DNA of 64,000 nucleotides from assembly GCA_017432615.1 (NCBI GenBank), contig JAFRIV010000013.1:32689-96688 (forward strand), read 5' to 3'. Shown here in pieces: positions 53,444-62,339 of the stretch. The notes under the pieces were generated by a model. The model searched no databases, was not told where the DNA came from, and saw only the letters and a program-made list of their open reading frames with translations. The number at the start of each line of letters is the position of its first letter. The stretch's first letter is position 1. The DNA comes from Oscillospiraceae bacterium. Its GTDB lineage: Bacteria > Bacillota > Clostridia > Oscillospirales > Oscillospiraceae. A program made the translations under genes and the position numbers.

Positions 53444-53820
53444 TTACAGGCTCCTTAATATGATATATCAAATCATCGGGTAAGTTCCTCTCCCCGGTAT
53501 CGGTTTCCCTGAATCCGATTAAGCGCTGCGAAGAGCAGAGACGTTTTTGCTGTACAAAAAGAGCATATTCCGAGATCCGCCGCAGCACAGCAAAGTGAGT
53601 TTAGCACATCCGCCTGACATCTGCAATGCAAAATCTTCCCTTTCCTCACGGAGAAGCCGGCATCCTGCTCATTTCTGCCGGCACAAGCCGGGAACACAAA
53701 CAAAGGCGGGCAGACAGCCCTTCTTTTTCATCCAGAATATGATATTCCTCCTTAAAATAAACCCGTCTTTGCTTGCGCAGAGACGGGTTTTGCGGTACAA
53801 TCAGGCGGGAGTTGATCATT

Positions 53821-54771
53821 ATGGATGCCGACATTCTTCGAAAGCTTTCCAAAATTTCCGCAGAGGAGAAAGAGATCCTCGGCGGACGCTGCCATATCGA
53901 TCGCAGCATTTATATGGACGGCAGCCGGGATGTGATCAGCGGGGAGAAGCTGCTGGAAAAAGGGAAGCTCATCGCCATCCGGCCTCATACACGCTTTATC
54001 GCCTTCCCGGAGCACAGCCACGACTATGTGGAGATGGTATACATGTGTGCGGGAGAGACCCGGCACACGGTCAACGGAAACGCAATCACCCTGCATCAGG
54101 GCGAGCTTTTGATGCTGGGGCAGAACGCGCATCAGGCCATCAAAGCGTCGGGGGAGAGGGACATTGCGGTGAACTTCATTGTGCGACCGGCCTTCTTTTC
54201 CGGAACGCTGCCCTTCCTCGGGGAGGAGGAGACGCCTCTGCGCCGCTTTGTGGTAAACTGCCTGACAGGGGAGAACGAGACCGGCTATCTTCTGTTTCAT
54301 GTGGCAGACATTCTGCCCATTCAAAATCTGATTGAGAATCTGCTCTTTACGCTTCTGGAGGATATCCCCAACAAGCGGGGCATTCTCCAGATGACCATGG
54401 GGCTTCTCTTTGCCCAGCTGATGAACCACACCGAGGCTCTGCAATTTGAGACCCAGGAGCAGAACGCGGTCGTCTCCGTTCTGCGATATCTGGAGGAGCA
54501 CTACCGCGACGGGAGTCTCACGGAGATCGCCGGCAGACTCCACTATGAGCTGCCGTCCCTGTCGCGGCTGATCCGGCAGAAGGCGGGGAAGAGTTACACG
54601 GAGCTGCTGCAGGAGAAGCGGCTGAGCCAGGCGGCATGGCTGCTGCGCAACACAGACAAGAATGTTGACGAGATCGCAAACGCCGTCGGTTACGAAAACC
54701 ACAGTTACTTCCACCGTCTGTTTGCCGCGCGCTACAGCCTGTCTCCAAAGAAATATCGAGATTGCAAATAA
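53821..54771 (+). CDS. AraC-family transcriptional regulator (cupin sensor + 2 HTH), rhamnose-cluster associated
   Basis: MDADILRKLSKISAEEKEIL..., a cupin region, and C-terminal ...SLSRLIRQKAGKSYTELLQEKRLSQAAWLLRNTDKNVDEIANAVGYENHSYFHRLF. I prefer the ATG at 53821. Confidence 0.85.
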   Translation: MDADILRKLSKISAEEKEILGGRCHIDRSIYMDGSRDVISGEKLLEKGKLIAIRPHTRFIAFPEHSHDYVEMVYMCAGETRHTVNGNAITLHQGELLMLGQNAHQAIKASGERDIAVNFIVRPAFFSGTLPFLGEEETPLRRFVVNCLTGENETGYLLFHVADILPIQNLIENLLFTLLEDIPNKRGILQMTMGLLFAQLMNHTEALQFETQEQNAVVSVLRYLEEHYRDGSLTEIAGRLHYELPSLSRLIRQKAGKSYTELLQEKRLSQAAWLLRNTDKNVDEIANAVGYENHSYFHRLFAARYSLSPKKYRDCK

Positions 54772-54853
54772 AGACACTTTTTCAGAAAAGTCAAGACCTG
54801 CAAAAACACTCTCTCTTCCTGTATCATGAAAAACAGGAGGGGAGAGTGATATA

Positions 54854-56131
54854 TTGAAACGCTATCTTGCCATTGATATCGGCGCCTCCTCCGGAAGGCA
54901 CATCGTGGGCTGGACGGAGAACGGCGAGATGAAAACCGAAGAGGTCTACCGCTTCCCCAATGGGGTTACGGAACGAGACGGCCATCTGACCTGGGATATC
55001 GACGCGCTTACTTCCCATGTGAAGAAGGGCATTGAAAAATCGCAGGAACGCTTCGGAATAATCGAGAGCCTCTCGGTGGACACCTGGGGCGTGGACTATG
55101 TGCTGATGCGCGACGATGAGGAAGTTCGCCCCTGCTATGCCTACCGGGACAGAAGAACGGAGACGATGATCCCCCAGGTGCATGAGAAGTTCAGCTTTAC
55201 ACGGCTTTACCGCCATACCGGCATCCAGTTCCAGCCTTTCAACACGATCTATCAGCTCTACTCGGACAAGCTGGCCGGGCGTCTGGACGAAGCAACGGAC
55301 TTTCTGATGATTCCGGAGTATCTGATGTACAAACTCTGCGGCGTGAAGTCCCACGAATACACCAACGCCACCACCGGCGGCATGGTCAACGCCGAAACCG
55401 GGGAATACGATCCGGCCATCCTTTCGGCCCTGGGCCTGCCAGAACATCTGTTTCACAAGCTGCAGCAGCCCGGAACGGTGATCGGCGAATATGAGGGCAT
55501 TCAGGTCGTTCTCTGCGCCACCCACGACACGGGCTCCGCGGTGGAGGGCATCCCGATGACGGAGAATGCGCCCTATATCTCCTCCGGTACCTGGAGCCTG
55601 CTGGGTGTGAAGACAGCGACACCCATCACCAATGCGGCCAGCGAACTGGCCAACTGGTCCAATGAGGGCGGTGTTGGCTACAACCGTTATCAGAAGAACA
55701 TCATGGGCATGTGGCTCATCAACCGCCTGCGGGAGGAGCTCTGCCCCGGCAAACCCTTTGGGGAGATCGTCTCCGAGGCGGAGAAAAGCCGCTTTGAAGA
55801 AACCGTGGATGCCAACGCCTCCGCGTTCCTCTCTCCCGAGAGCATGAAGGCCGCCTTTGACGAAGTGCTCTCTATGAAACCGCAAAGTGTAAGCGACTAT
55901 TTCCGCTGCGCTTATCGCTCCCTTGCACTGAGTTATATGAACGCTATCCAGGAGCTGCAGCACAATACCGGAAAACACTATGACCGCATCTATATTGTGG
56001 GCGGCGGCGCAAAGAACGCCTTCCTCAACCGACTGACTGAAGAAGCCAGCGGCAAAAAGGTCATCGCCCTGCCCATCGAGGCCACCGCTATCGGAAATCT
56101 GAAAAACCAAATGGAGGCAGTAAAATGTTAG
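54854..56131 (+). CDS. rhaB: rhamnulokinase
   Basis: 425 aa with a TTG start. YLAIDIGASSGRHIVG...YRFPNG...GHLTWDIDAL aligns closely with my recollection of E. coli RhaB. FGGY kinase C-terminus IVGGGAKN. Confidence 0.8.
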   Translation: MKRYLAIDIGASSGRHIVGWTENGEMKTEEVYRFPNGVTERDGHLTWDIDALTSHVKKGIEKSQERFGIIESLSVDTWGVDYVLMRDDEEVRPCYAYRDRRTETMIPQVHEKFSFTRLYRHTGIQFQPFNTIYQLYSDKLAGRLDEATDFLMIPEYLMYKLCGVKSHEYTNATTGGMVNAETGEYDPAILSALGLPEHLFHKLQQPGTVIGEYEGIQVVLCATHDTGSAVEGIPMTENAPYISSGTWSLLGVKTATPITNAASELANWSNEGGVGYNRYQKNIMGMWLINRLREELCPGKPFGEIVSEAEKSRFEETVDANASAFLSPESMKAAFDEVLSMKPQSVSDYFRCAYRSLALSYMNAIQELQHNTGKHYDRIYIVGGGAKNAFLNRLTEEASGKKVIALPIEATAIGNLKNQMEAVKC

Positions 56132-57546
56132 TCAACACCAAAGCAAGAGTTGGCGTGTTCGCCATCGCACTGGGGGCTTATCTTCCCCAGTTCCCGTCTC
56201 TGGTCCCCGAGTTTGAGAGCCAGTATGCGGACTTCAAAACGCGCATCCCCGATTCCGTCGAGCTCATCGACGGCGGCATCGTCACCACCAAAGAACTTGC
56301 TATGGCAGCCGGTGACAAGTTCCGCGCCGCTGACGTGGATCTGGTGATCCTGCAGCTGCTGACCTACGCCACCAGCTACAATATGCTGCCCGCCGTCCGG
56401 GATCTGGATGTGCCGGTGGTGCTGGTCAACCTACAGAAGAAGAAAGCGCCCGACTACGCCAACACCGATACTGCCACCTGGCTGGGTACCCTCTACGCCT
56501 GCGGCGCGGTGGGTGAGATGGTGGCCGACCTCGAGCGCGCTGGCAAGCGCCACGCGGTCATCACCGGTGTGGTCGAGGGCGGTGATCCCGCAGTCGATGC
56601 CGAGATCGCCGACTGGTGCAAGGCTGCCCAGGTGCGCCGCCGCTTCCGCGACACGAACCTTGCTCAGATCGGCAGACCCTACCCCGGCATGATGGATCTG
56701 TACATCGACGAAACCAACCTCTATCACCGTATGTGGCTGTATACCAAGCAGTTCGACTGGGAGAAGATGTGGGCTATCGCCGACGACATCACCGACGAGG
56801 ACGCGATTCGCATGAAGGCCCAGGACATTCTGAACACCTTCGACATTGAGGGCGGCGGCACGATCGAGAAGGTCTGGGACATGGCAAAATATGTGGTCGC
56901 TTTTGAGCAGTGGGTCAGGGATGAGCAGTTGGGCTTCGTGGCCAGCCACTATGACGGCTTTGCCCAGGGTGTGGCCGGCAAGCTCGATTCCATGCTGATC
57001 CCCGCCTTCTCCATGCTCATCAAGCAGGGCACGGCCTGCGCCGTGGAGGGTGACATCAAGGTTGCCATGGCCATGAGTATTCTCAAGACCATCTCCGGCA
57101 TGGGCCAGCTCTCCGAGATGTACTCCATCGACTTTGACGAAGATATCTGTATCATCGGCCACTCCGGTTCCGGCGATGCGGACATCTCCAAGGCGAAGAA
57201 ACCCACCATGAAAATCGTCCCCGTGTTCCACGGCAAGACAGGGGGCGGTTATCTGACCCAGTTTTACCCCGCTGAGGGCCCTGTGACCTATCTGGGCATT
57301 ACACAGGACCGTGACGGCCACTTCAGGTTTGTTGTGGCTGAGGGCGTCAACGAGCCCGGCCCTATCTTCACCTTCGGCGACACCAACATGCGCACCCGCT
57401 TCACCTGCGGCGCGCGGGAGTTCTGCAACAAGTGGAGCGAAGCCGGCCCCACCCACCATATGGCGGCGGCCAGCGGCCGTTGGATCGATACCATCCTCAA
57501 GGTCGCCAAGATCTTCCATGTACCTGTAGACATCATTACGAGATAA
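56125..57546 (+). CDS. AraA/FucI-superfamily sugar isomerase in the position of L-rhamnose isomerase
   Basis: 473 aa. VEGDIKVAMAM, SEMYSIDF, IIGHSG, HFRFVVAEGV and GPTHHMAAASG parallel the AraA motifs GEGDWK, MEDYTYHF, GSHM, RFRLVLNEV and GGAHH. It does not resemble RhaA. Confidence 0.6.
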   Translation: MLVNTKARVGVFAIALGAYLPQFPSLVPEFESQYADFKTRIPDSVELIDGGIVTTKELAMAAGDKFRAADVDLVILQLLTYATSYNMLPAVRDLDVPVVLVNLQKKKAPDYANTDTATWLGTLYACGAVGEMVADLERAGKRHAVITGVVEGGDPAVDAEIADWCKAAQVRRRFRDTNLAQIGRPYPGMMDLYIDETNLYHRMWLYTKQFDWEKMWAIADDITDEDAIRMKAQDILNTFDIEGGGTIEKVWDMAKYVVAFEQWVRDEQLGFVASHYDGFAQGVAGKLDSMLIPAFSMLIKQGTACAVEGDIKVAMAMSILKTISGMGQLSEMYSIDFDEDICIIGHSGSGDADISKAKKPTMKIVPVFHGKTGGGYLTQFYPAEGPVTYLGITQDRDGHFRFVVAEGVNEPGPIFTFGDTNMRTRFTCGAREFCNKWSEAGPTHHMAAASGRWIDTILKVAKIFHVPVDIITR

Positions 57547-57561
57547 GGAGACAGAACCAAC

Positions 57562-58374
57562 ATGAAAAACATTCTGGAAGCCCCTTTTATGGTGGAAATG
57601 ATCCGGACCACCACCAACATGTATAACCACGGCTGGGACGAACGCAACGGCGGCAACATCAGCCTGCTGCTGGACGGGACGGAAGTTGCAGAGTATCTGG
57701 ACATTCACGAAGTGATCCGCACGATCCCCACCGGCTTCTCCGCTCCGGAACTTGACGGCAAGTACTTCCTTGTCACCGGCACCGGCAAGTATTTCAAGAA
57801 CGTCCAGTACGCCCCGGACGTGAATCTGGGTCTGGTGCGTTTGTGCGACGGCGGCAGGATGGCGGAGCTCCTCTGGGGCTACAGCGACGGCGGAAAGTTT
57901 ACCAGCGAGTTCCCCGCGCACATGATGAGCCATGTGGCACGCCTCAGGAGCGATCCTGAAAACCGCGTGGTCATGCACTGCCACCCGGCGAATCTCCTGG
58001 CCATGACCTATGTACATTCTCTGGATGAGCGGGAGTTTACCCGCACCCTCTGGCAGATGTGCACCGAATGCATTGTGGTCTTCCCCGACGGTGTGAACGT
58101 GCTGCCCTGGATGCTCTGCGGAACCAACGAGATCGGCGAAGCGACTGCGGAGAAGATGAGCACAGCCCGCCTGGTGGTCTGGGCTCTCCACGGTATCTAC
58201 GGCGCAGGCAAGGATCTGGACGAGACCTTCGGGCTCATCGAGACGGCCGAGAAGGCTGCCGAGATCTATATGAAAATCGCTCACCTGCCGCGGGTGAACA
58301 CCATTACCGACGACATGATGCACCAGCTGGAGGTCCGGTTCGGCGTCAAAGGCCGCGAGGCTTATCTGGACTGA
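57562..58374 (+). CDS. rhaD: rhamnulose-1-phosphate aldolase
   Basis: 270 aa. GWDERNGGNISLLL, VTGTGKYFKNV, VMHCHPANLLA, CIVVFPDGV. It runs parallel to E. coli RhaD along its length. Confidence 0.85.
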   Translation: MKNILEAPFMVEMIRTTTNMYNHGWDERNGGNISLLLDGTEVAEYLDIHEVIRTIPTGFSAPELDGKYFLVTGTGKYFKNVQYAPDVNLGLVRLCDGGRMAELLWGYSDGGKFTSEFPAHMMSHVARLRSDPENRVVMHCHPANLLAMTYVHSLDEREFTRTLWQMCTECIVVFPDGVNVLPWMLCGTNEIGEATAEKMSTARLVVWALHGIYGAGKDLDETFGLIETAEKAAEIYMKIAHLPRVNTITDDMMHQLEVRFGVKGREAYLD

Positions 58375-58523
58375 AAGGAGCACTTCAGATTTTTATCCCT
58401 TTTATCCGTTTTGTCCCACCTTCATGAAGAACATCTCCAACTGTGTCCTCTAAGAAAAGGCGTTGCCGCTCAACAGCTCTTTTCACTGTTTTGAGACAAC
58501 GCCTTTCATGAAATAAGAAAAAA

Positions 58524-58568
58524 GCACCTGATGTGATGACCACGTATTTCATCATCAGGTGCTTTTGT
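58524..58568 (+). terminator. rho-independent terminator after rhaD
   Basis: GCACCTGATG (58524-58533) pairs with CATCAGGTGC (58553-58562) and is followed by TTTTGT. An A-tract precedes it, so it is potentially bidirectional. Confidence 0.8.
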
Positions 58569-58754
58569 AATATGAGAAATCTGTTATTATGAGCAGTTCC
58601 TGCCCATAAACGCATCAAACTTTTGTATTTGGAGATTTTTTCGGGAGGATAATCGCTTTTTTCATGGGACGCATAATACCGGGCACGATTCCCGGGGATT
58701 TGATGCTTTTCAACAAAAAGCCTTCTTGAATTTTGTGTTTCTCAAAAAAATTTT

Positions 58755-58783
58755 GTGCAAAAGCGTTCATGATATGGTATAAT
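58755..58783 (+). promoter_or_regulatory. extended -10 promoter (TGGTATAAT) with weak -35 (GTGCAA)
   Basis: TATAAT at 58778-58783 and TG at 58775-58776. It precedes the leader of about 230 nt before 59017. Confidence 0.55.
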
Positions 58784-59016
58784 GCAAAGCGTATCCGGAA
58801 CAACCATACCGCTTCCTGACAGATGCCGGAATGGCCTATAAAAAAGGCTGTCCGGCCTCCGGAAGCAGAAAAGTTCCGGGGGAAAGAAAAACGCAACAAA
58901 ATTCCATATAGTTTCAACCGGTCATTCTTTTCAATTTCTCCCTGTTGAAGTAAAATACAGACAGAATCATTTCAGTAAAGCATAGGACATATCCGGGCGA
59001 GACAGGAGAACGGTAT

Positions 59017-60390
59017 ATGGTTATTCTCACTTTGAATTGCGGGAGTTCCTCTATTAAGTTTCAGCTGTACGCATGGGAAAAACGGGAAGTTCTTGCGGTG
59101 GGAAAGGTTGAAAGAATCGGCCTTGAAAACCCTGCGATCCTCTGCAGACAGCCGGACCGGCAGGCATTCACTTCAGAGGCGGACGTACCCAGCCACCGGG
59201 AAGCTCTAAAAAAGATCTTTGAAATTTTGACCGACCCGATGTATGGCATTTTACGAAGCCTTGAGGAGATCGATGCCGTGGGACACAGGGTCCTTCACGG
59301 AGGAGAGAGGATTAAACAGTCGGCTGTTGTCACGCCCGAACTCCTCGCAGATCTGAAAGCGCTCATCCCGCTGGGACCGGTTCATATGCCTGCCAATATC
59401 ATGGGGATCGAAGTCTGCCAGAGCCTGCTGCCGCATGCCGTTCAGGCGGTTATTCCGGATACGGCATGGCATCAGACGATGGAGGAGACAGCTTTTCTCT
59501 ATACGCTTCCGTATGAATGGTATGAAAAATTCGGGATCCGGCGATACGGATTTCATGGAGCAAGCTATATTTATTGTGCGCGCCGTGCTGCGGTGCTTCT
59601 GGGCAAAAAACCGGATGCGTGCAATCTCATAATCTGTCATGTGGGGAATGGGGCATCTGTCTGTGCAGTCAGAAACGGCAAAAGCGTGGACACCTCCATG
59701 GGATTTACGCCTCTCGAAGGAATCGTCATGGGGACGAGAGCCGGGGATATGGATCCAGCGATCGTTACATACATGGAGGAGAAGCTCGGCAAGACCCCCC
59801 AGGAAATGAATGAGATCCTGAACAACGAGAGCGGCCTTCTGGGCATATGCGGCTATGGCGGTGACAGAAGGGATATACAGGCTGCTATCGCAAAGGGTGA
59901 CCGAATGGCAGCACTGGCCGCAGCTATCGAGTGCCACAGACTGAAAAAATACATTGGCGCCTATCGTGCTCTGCTCGGGCAGGTTGATGCCATCGTGTTT
60001 ACAGCAGGCGTCGGGGAAGAGATAACACCCATTCGGGAAGGAACATGCAGAGGACTCGAGAGTATCGGGATCTGTATGGATTATGATAAGAACAAGATCG
60101 CCCGATGCAGGAATGCCGAGTCCTGCATCTCCACAGAGGACAGCCCGACCAGAATATTTGTCATTCCTACCAACGAAGAGCTGGTAATGACGGAAGATGT
60201 CCATGCACTGTGGGAAGGAACCTATTCGGGGAGCAAAATGCGGTATTCTTTCGAGGACCCGGATTTTATCGATAATGCAAGATTTTCCGCAATGCTGCAG
60301 GATTTTAAAGCGCATCCCGAATGGAAGGAGGTTCTGGCAATACCGCCCGATGCAAAGCCGGATCTGTACGAGGTTCATGATAACCGCTGA
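59017..60390 (+). CDS. acetate/propionate kinase-family protein with a C-terminal extension of about 55 aa
   Basis: 457 aa. LTLNCGSSSIKF, GHRVLHGGE, YGFHGASY, MGTRAGDMDP and IPTNEEL show that all catalytic motifs of the AckA family are present. The tail ...SGSKMRYSFEDPDFIDNARFSAMLQDFKAHPEWKE... is not a normal part of AckA. Confidence 0.75.
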   Translation: MVILTLNCGSSSIKFQLYAWEKREVLAVGKVERIGLENPAILCRQPDRQAFTSEADVPSHREALKKIFEILTDPMYGILRSLEEIDAVGHRVLHGGERIKQSAVVTPELLADLKALIPLGPVHMPANIMGIEVCQSLLPHAVQAVIPDTAWHQTMEETAFLYTLPYEWYEKFGIRRYGFHGASYIYCARRAAVLLGKKPDACNLIICHVGNGASVCAVRNGKSVDTSMGFTPLEGIVMGTRAGDMDPAIVTYMEEKLGKTPQEMNEILNNESGLLGICGYGGDRRDIQAAIAKGDRMAALAAAIECHRLKKYIGAYRALLGQVDAIVFTAGVGEEITPIREGTCRGLESIGICMDYDKNKIARCRNAESCISTEDSPTRIFVIPTNEELVMTEDVHALWEGTYSGSKMRYSFEDPDFIDNARFSAMLQDFKAHPEWKEVLAIPPDAKPDLYEVHDNR

Positions 60391-60447
60391 CAGGAGGCGG
60401 ATATTGACGATTATATCACGTTATAATGAAAGGAAGCGGGGGTGTCT

Positions 60448-62301
60448 ATGAGTAAAAGAGTTTTGGCTGACGAAGACAAACCTTATTCAAAAGCAAGAAA
60501 ACTTAGAAATATACTGAGAAACTGGGTAACCAACCCATATAATATCCTTGTGGTGATTTCCATCGTACTGCTGTTCGCATTAGTCGTTTCCCCTCTGCTT
60601 GACATGATCGTGACGACTTTCAAGGTGGCGCCCAAGGATGCATCGAGGATCAAATTGCAGGCCGGTGAGTTTACCCTGTATTACTGGCAAAGGCTTTTCA
60701 AGAGCATGATCTCCAAGAATATGCTCTATACGCCGCTGCGACACTCCCTCCTGATCGCGGCCTTTGTCGCATCCATCAGCGTGATCATGGGCGGCGTCTT
60801 TGCGTGGCTCATGGTCAGAAGCGATATCCCTGGGAAGAAATGGTTTTCACTCGGTATCGTCATCCCGTATATGATTCCTTCGTGGATCCAGTCCATGGCA
60901 TGGATCTCCATCTTCAAGACCCCTGCCATCGGCGGAAACCCGGGTTTTCTGTCTTACTTTCATATCGTTCCTCCCGACTGGCTGTCGTACGGACCGGTGG
61001 CGATCATCATAGTCCTTACCATACACTATTACGCCTATGCCTACATCCTGATATCCGGCGCACTTGGAACGATCAACTCCGAGATGGAAGAGATGGGCGA
61101 AATGCTTGGCGCTTCGAAAATGATGATCCTCCGAAAGATCACATTCCCGCTGATCATGCCGGCAGCGCTCTCGGCATTTATTCTGATTTTCTCCAAGGCC
61201 ATCGGGACATTCAGCGTTCCTGCTTATCTTGGTCTTAAGGTCGGATATTATACGATCTCCACAATGCTCTACAATATGATCGGCCAGCAGCAGACAGCGG
61301 TTGCTTACGGCATTTCCCTCGTTCTGATTTCGATTGCAGCACTGCTGATCCTGGGTAACCAGCTGATCATCGGAAAAAGAAAGAGCTATGCGACAATCGG
61401 GGGCAAGGGAACCAGAAGCAATCCGATACCGCTGGGGAAGTCAAAGGTACCCATCTGCATTGTGTTGATCCTGTTCATCCTGATCTGCGTTCTGATGCCG
61501 ATGGCACTCCTGTTCGTTCAGAGCCTGATGCTGAAGCTCGGCAATTTCAGCTTCAGCAACCTTACACTTCATTACTGGTTCGGAGAGGGTGTTTCGGAGA
61601 TCGATTCCGGTTATCCGGGGATCTTCAGGAACCCGATGTTCTATAAGTGCCTTGCAAACTCGTTCAAGATCGTTATCGTGGCGTCTATCCTGGCAACTTT
61701 CACCGGACAGATCATCGGATATATCGTATCAAGAGGGAGAGGGACCGTCAGCGGGCATCTTGTGGAGCAGCTGGCATTCATTCCGTACCTGATTCCGTCC
61801 ATCGCATTTGGTGCCATGTATCTGTCGCTGTTCTCGGTCGAAAAATCCGTAACTATGTTTGGGCACAAGATCGTACTGTTCCCGGCTCTCTACGGTACCT
61901 ATGCGCTGCTGTTTCTGGTGTCGGTCGTTAAAAACATGCCGTTCTCCAGCCGTTCCGGTTCCGCGAACATGCTGCAGATTTCAACGGAGCTGGAAGAAGC
62001 CGGCAGGATCAAGGGAGCAGGGTTTGTGTATCGGCTGAGGAAGATCATTCTTCCTCTTTCCAAGAGCGGATTCCTCAGCGGATTTCTCCTCATCTTTGTG
62101 GCAGTCTTTAAGGAACTGGACCTGATTGTGCTTCTGGTCTCACCGGCGACGCAGACGCTTCCGTTCCTTACCTACAGCTATATGAATAATAACTACGAAC
62201 AGCTTGCCGACGCGTCTGCTGTTCTGATGTTCCTGATCGTGTTCTTCGTATACTGGTTTTCCAGCAAGGTCTTCAAGACCGATCTGACAAAGAGTATGTA
62301 A
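60448..62301 (+). CDS. ABC transporter permease, fused double domain (FbpB/ThiP/PhnV-like architecture)
   Basis: About 617 aa with 12 predicted TM segments and two EAA-like loops. I prefer the ATG at 60448; the track uses the GTG at 60442. Confidence 0.75.
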   Translation: MSKRVLADEDKPYSKARKLRNILRNWVTNPYNILVVISIVLLFALVVSPLLDMIVTTFKVAPKDASRIKLQAGEFTLYYWQRLFKSMISKNMLYTPLRHSLLIAAFVASISVIMGGVFAWLMVRSDIPGKKWFSLGIVIPYMIPSWIQSMAWISIFKTPAIGGNPGFLSYFHIVPPDWLSYGPVAIIIVLTIHYYAYAYILISGALGTINSEMEEMGEMLGASKMMILRKITFPLIMPAALSAFILIFSKAIGTFSVPAYLGLKVGYYTISTMLYNMIGQQQTAVAYGISLVLISIAALLILGNQLIIGKRKSYATIGGKGTRSNPIPLGKSKVPICIVLILFILICVLMPMALLFVQSLMLKLGNFSFSNLTLHYWFGEGVSEIDSGYPGIFRNPMFYKCLANSFKIVIVASILATFTGQIIGYIVSRGRGTVSGHLVEQLAFIPYLIPSIAFGAMYLSLFSVEKSVTMFGHKIVLFPALYGTYALLFLVSVVKNMPFSSRSGSANMLQISTELEEAGRIKGAGFVYRLRKIILPLSKSGFLSGFLLIFVAVFKELDLIVLLVSPATQTLPFLTYSYMNNNYEQLADASAVLMFLIVFFVYWFSSKVFKTDLTKSM

Positions 62302-62339
62302 CAGGTTCCTGAAAGCAATCGTTTAAGAGGTACGAAAAA

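Noticed and set aside
53669-53731. 20-codon Cys-rich mini-ORF (MKKKGCLPAFVCVPGLCRQK) on the minus strand
   Set aside because: The spacing from the only SD-like sequence is about 15 nt, and there is no supporting context such as modification or export genes. It is mentioned under the spacer finding but not called as a gene.
53547-54777. Overlapping ORFs 53547..54335 (+, 262 aa) and 53752..54777 (-, 341 aa)
   Set aside because: Both are out-of-frame or antisense to the AraC-family gene (53821..54771), whose cupin and double-HTH motifs are clear.
56431-58383. 650-aa minus-strand ORF, the longest antisense ORF in the window, and its neighbour 54824..56110 (428 aa)
   Set aside because: These are shadow ORFs opposite rhaB, the isomerase and rhaD. 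The plus-strand products match known families along their whole length. Long stop-free antisense frames are expected where third codon positions are G/C-rich. I considered calling the rha cluster compositionally foreign, but my spot counts (35/60 and 39/60 versus 36/60 in the ack-like gene) do not support a clear difference without a real calculation.
58456-58506. Second hairpin after rhaD (AAAGGCGTTG...CAACGCCTTT) as a terminator
   Set aside because: The loop is very large (31 nt) and there is no U-tract on the plus strand. The U-rich side is on the minus strand, where there is no gene to terminate. The adjacent hairpin at 58524-58568 is the credible terminator.
58784-59016. Possible c-di-GMP-I or TPP riboswitch in the ack-like leader
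   Set aside because: GCAAAGC and CCGGCC-like strings caught my eye. However, the required GGCAAACC/ACGCAAAGC pairing context (c-di-GMP-I) and the CUGAGA / ACCUGAUCUGGAUAAUGCCAGC elements (TPP) are absent. I kept it only as an unclassified structured leader.
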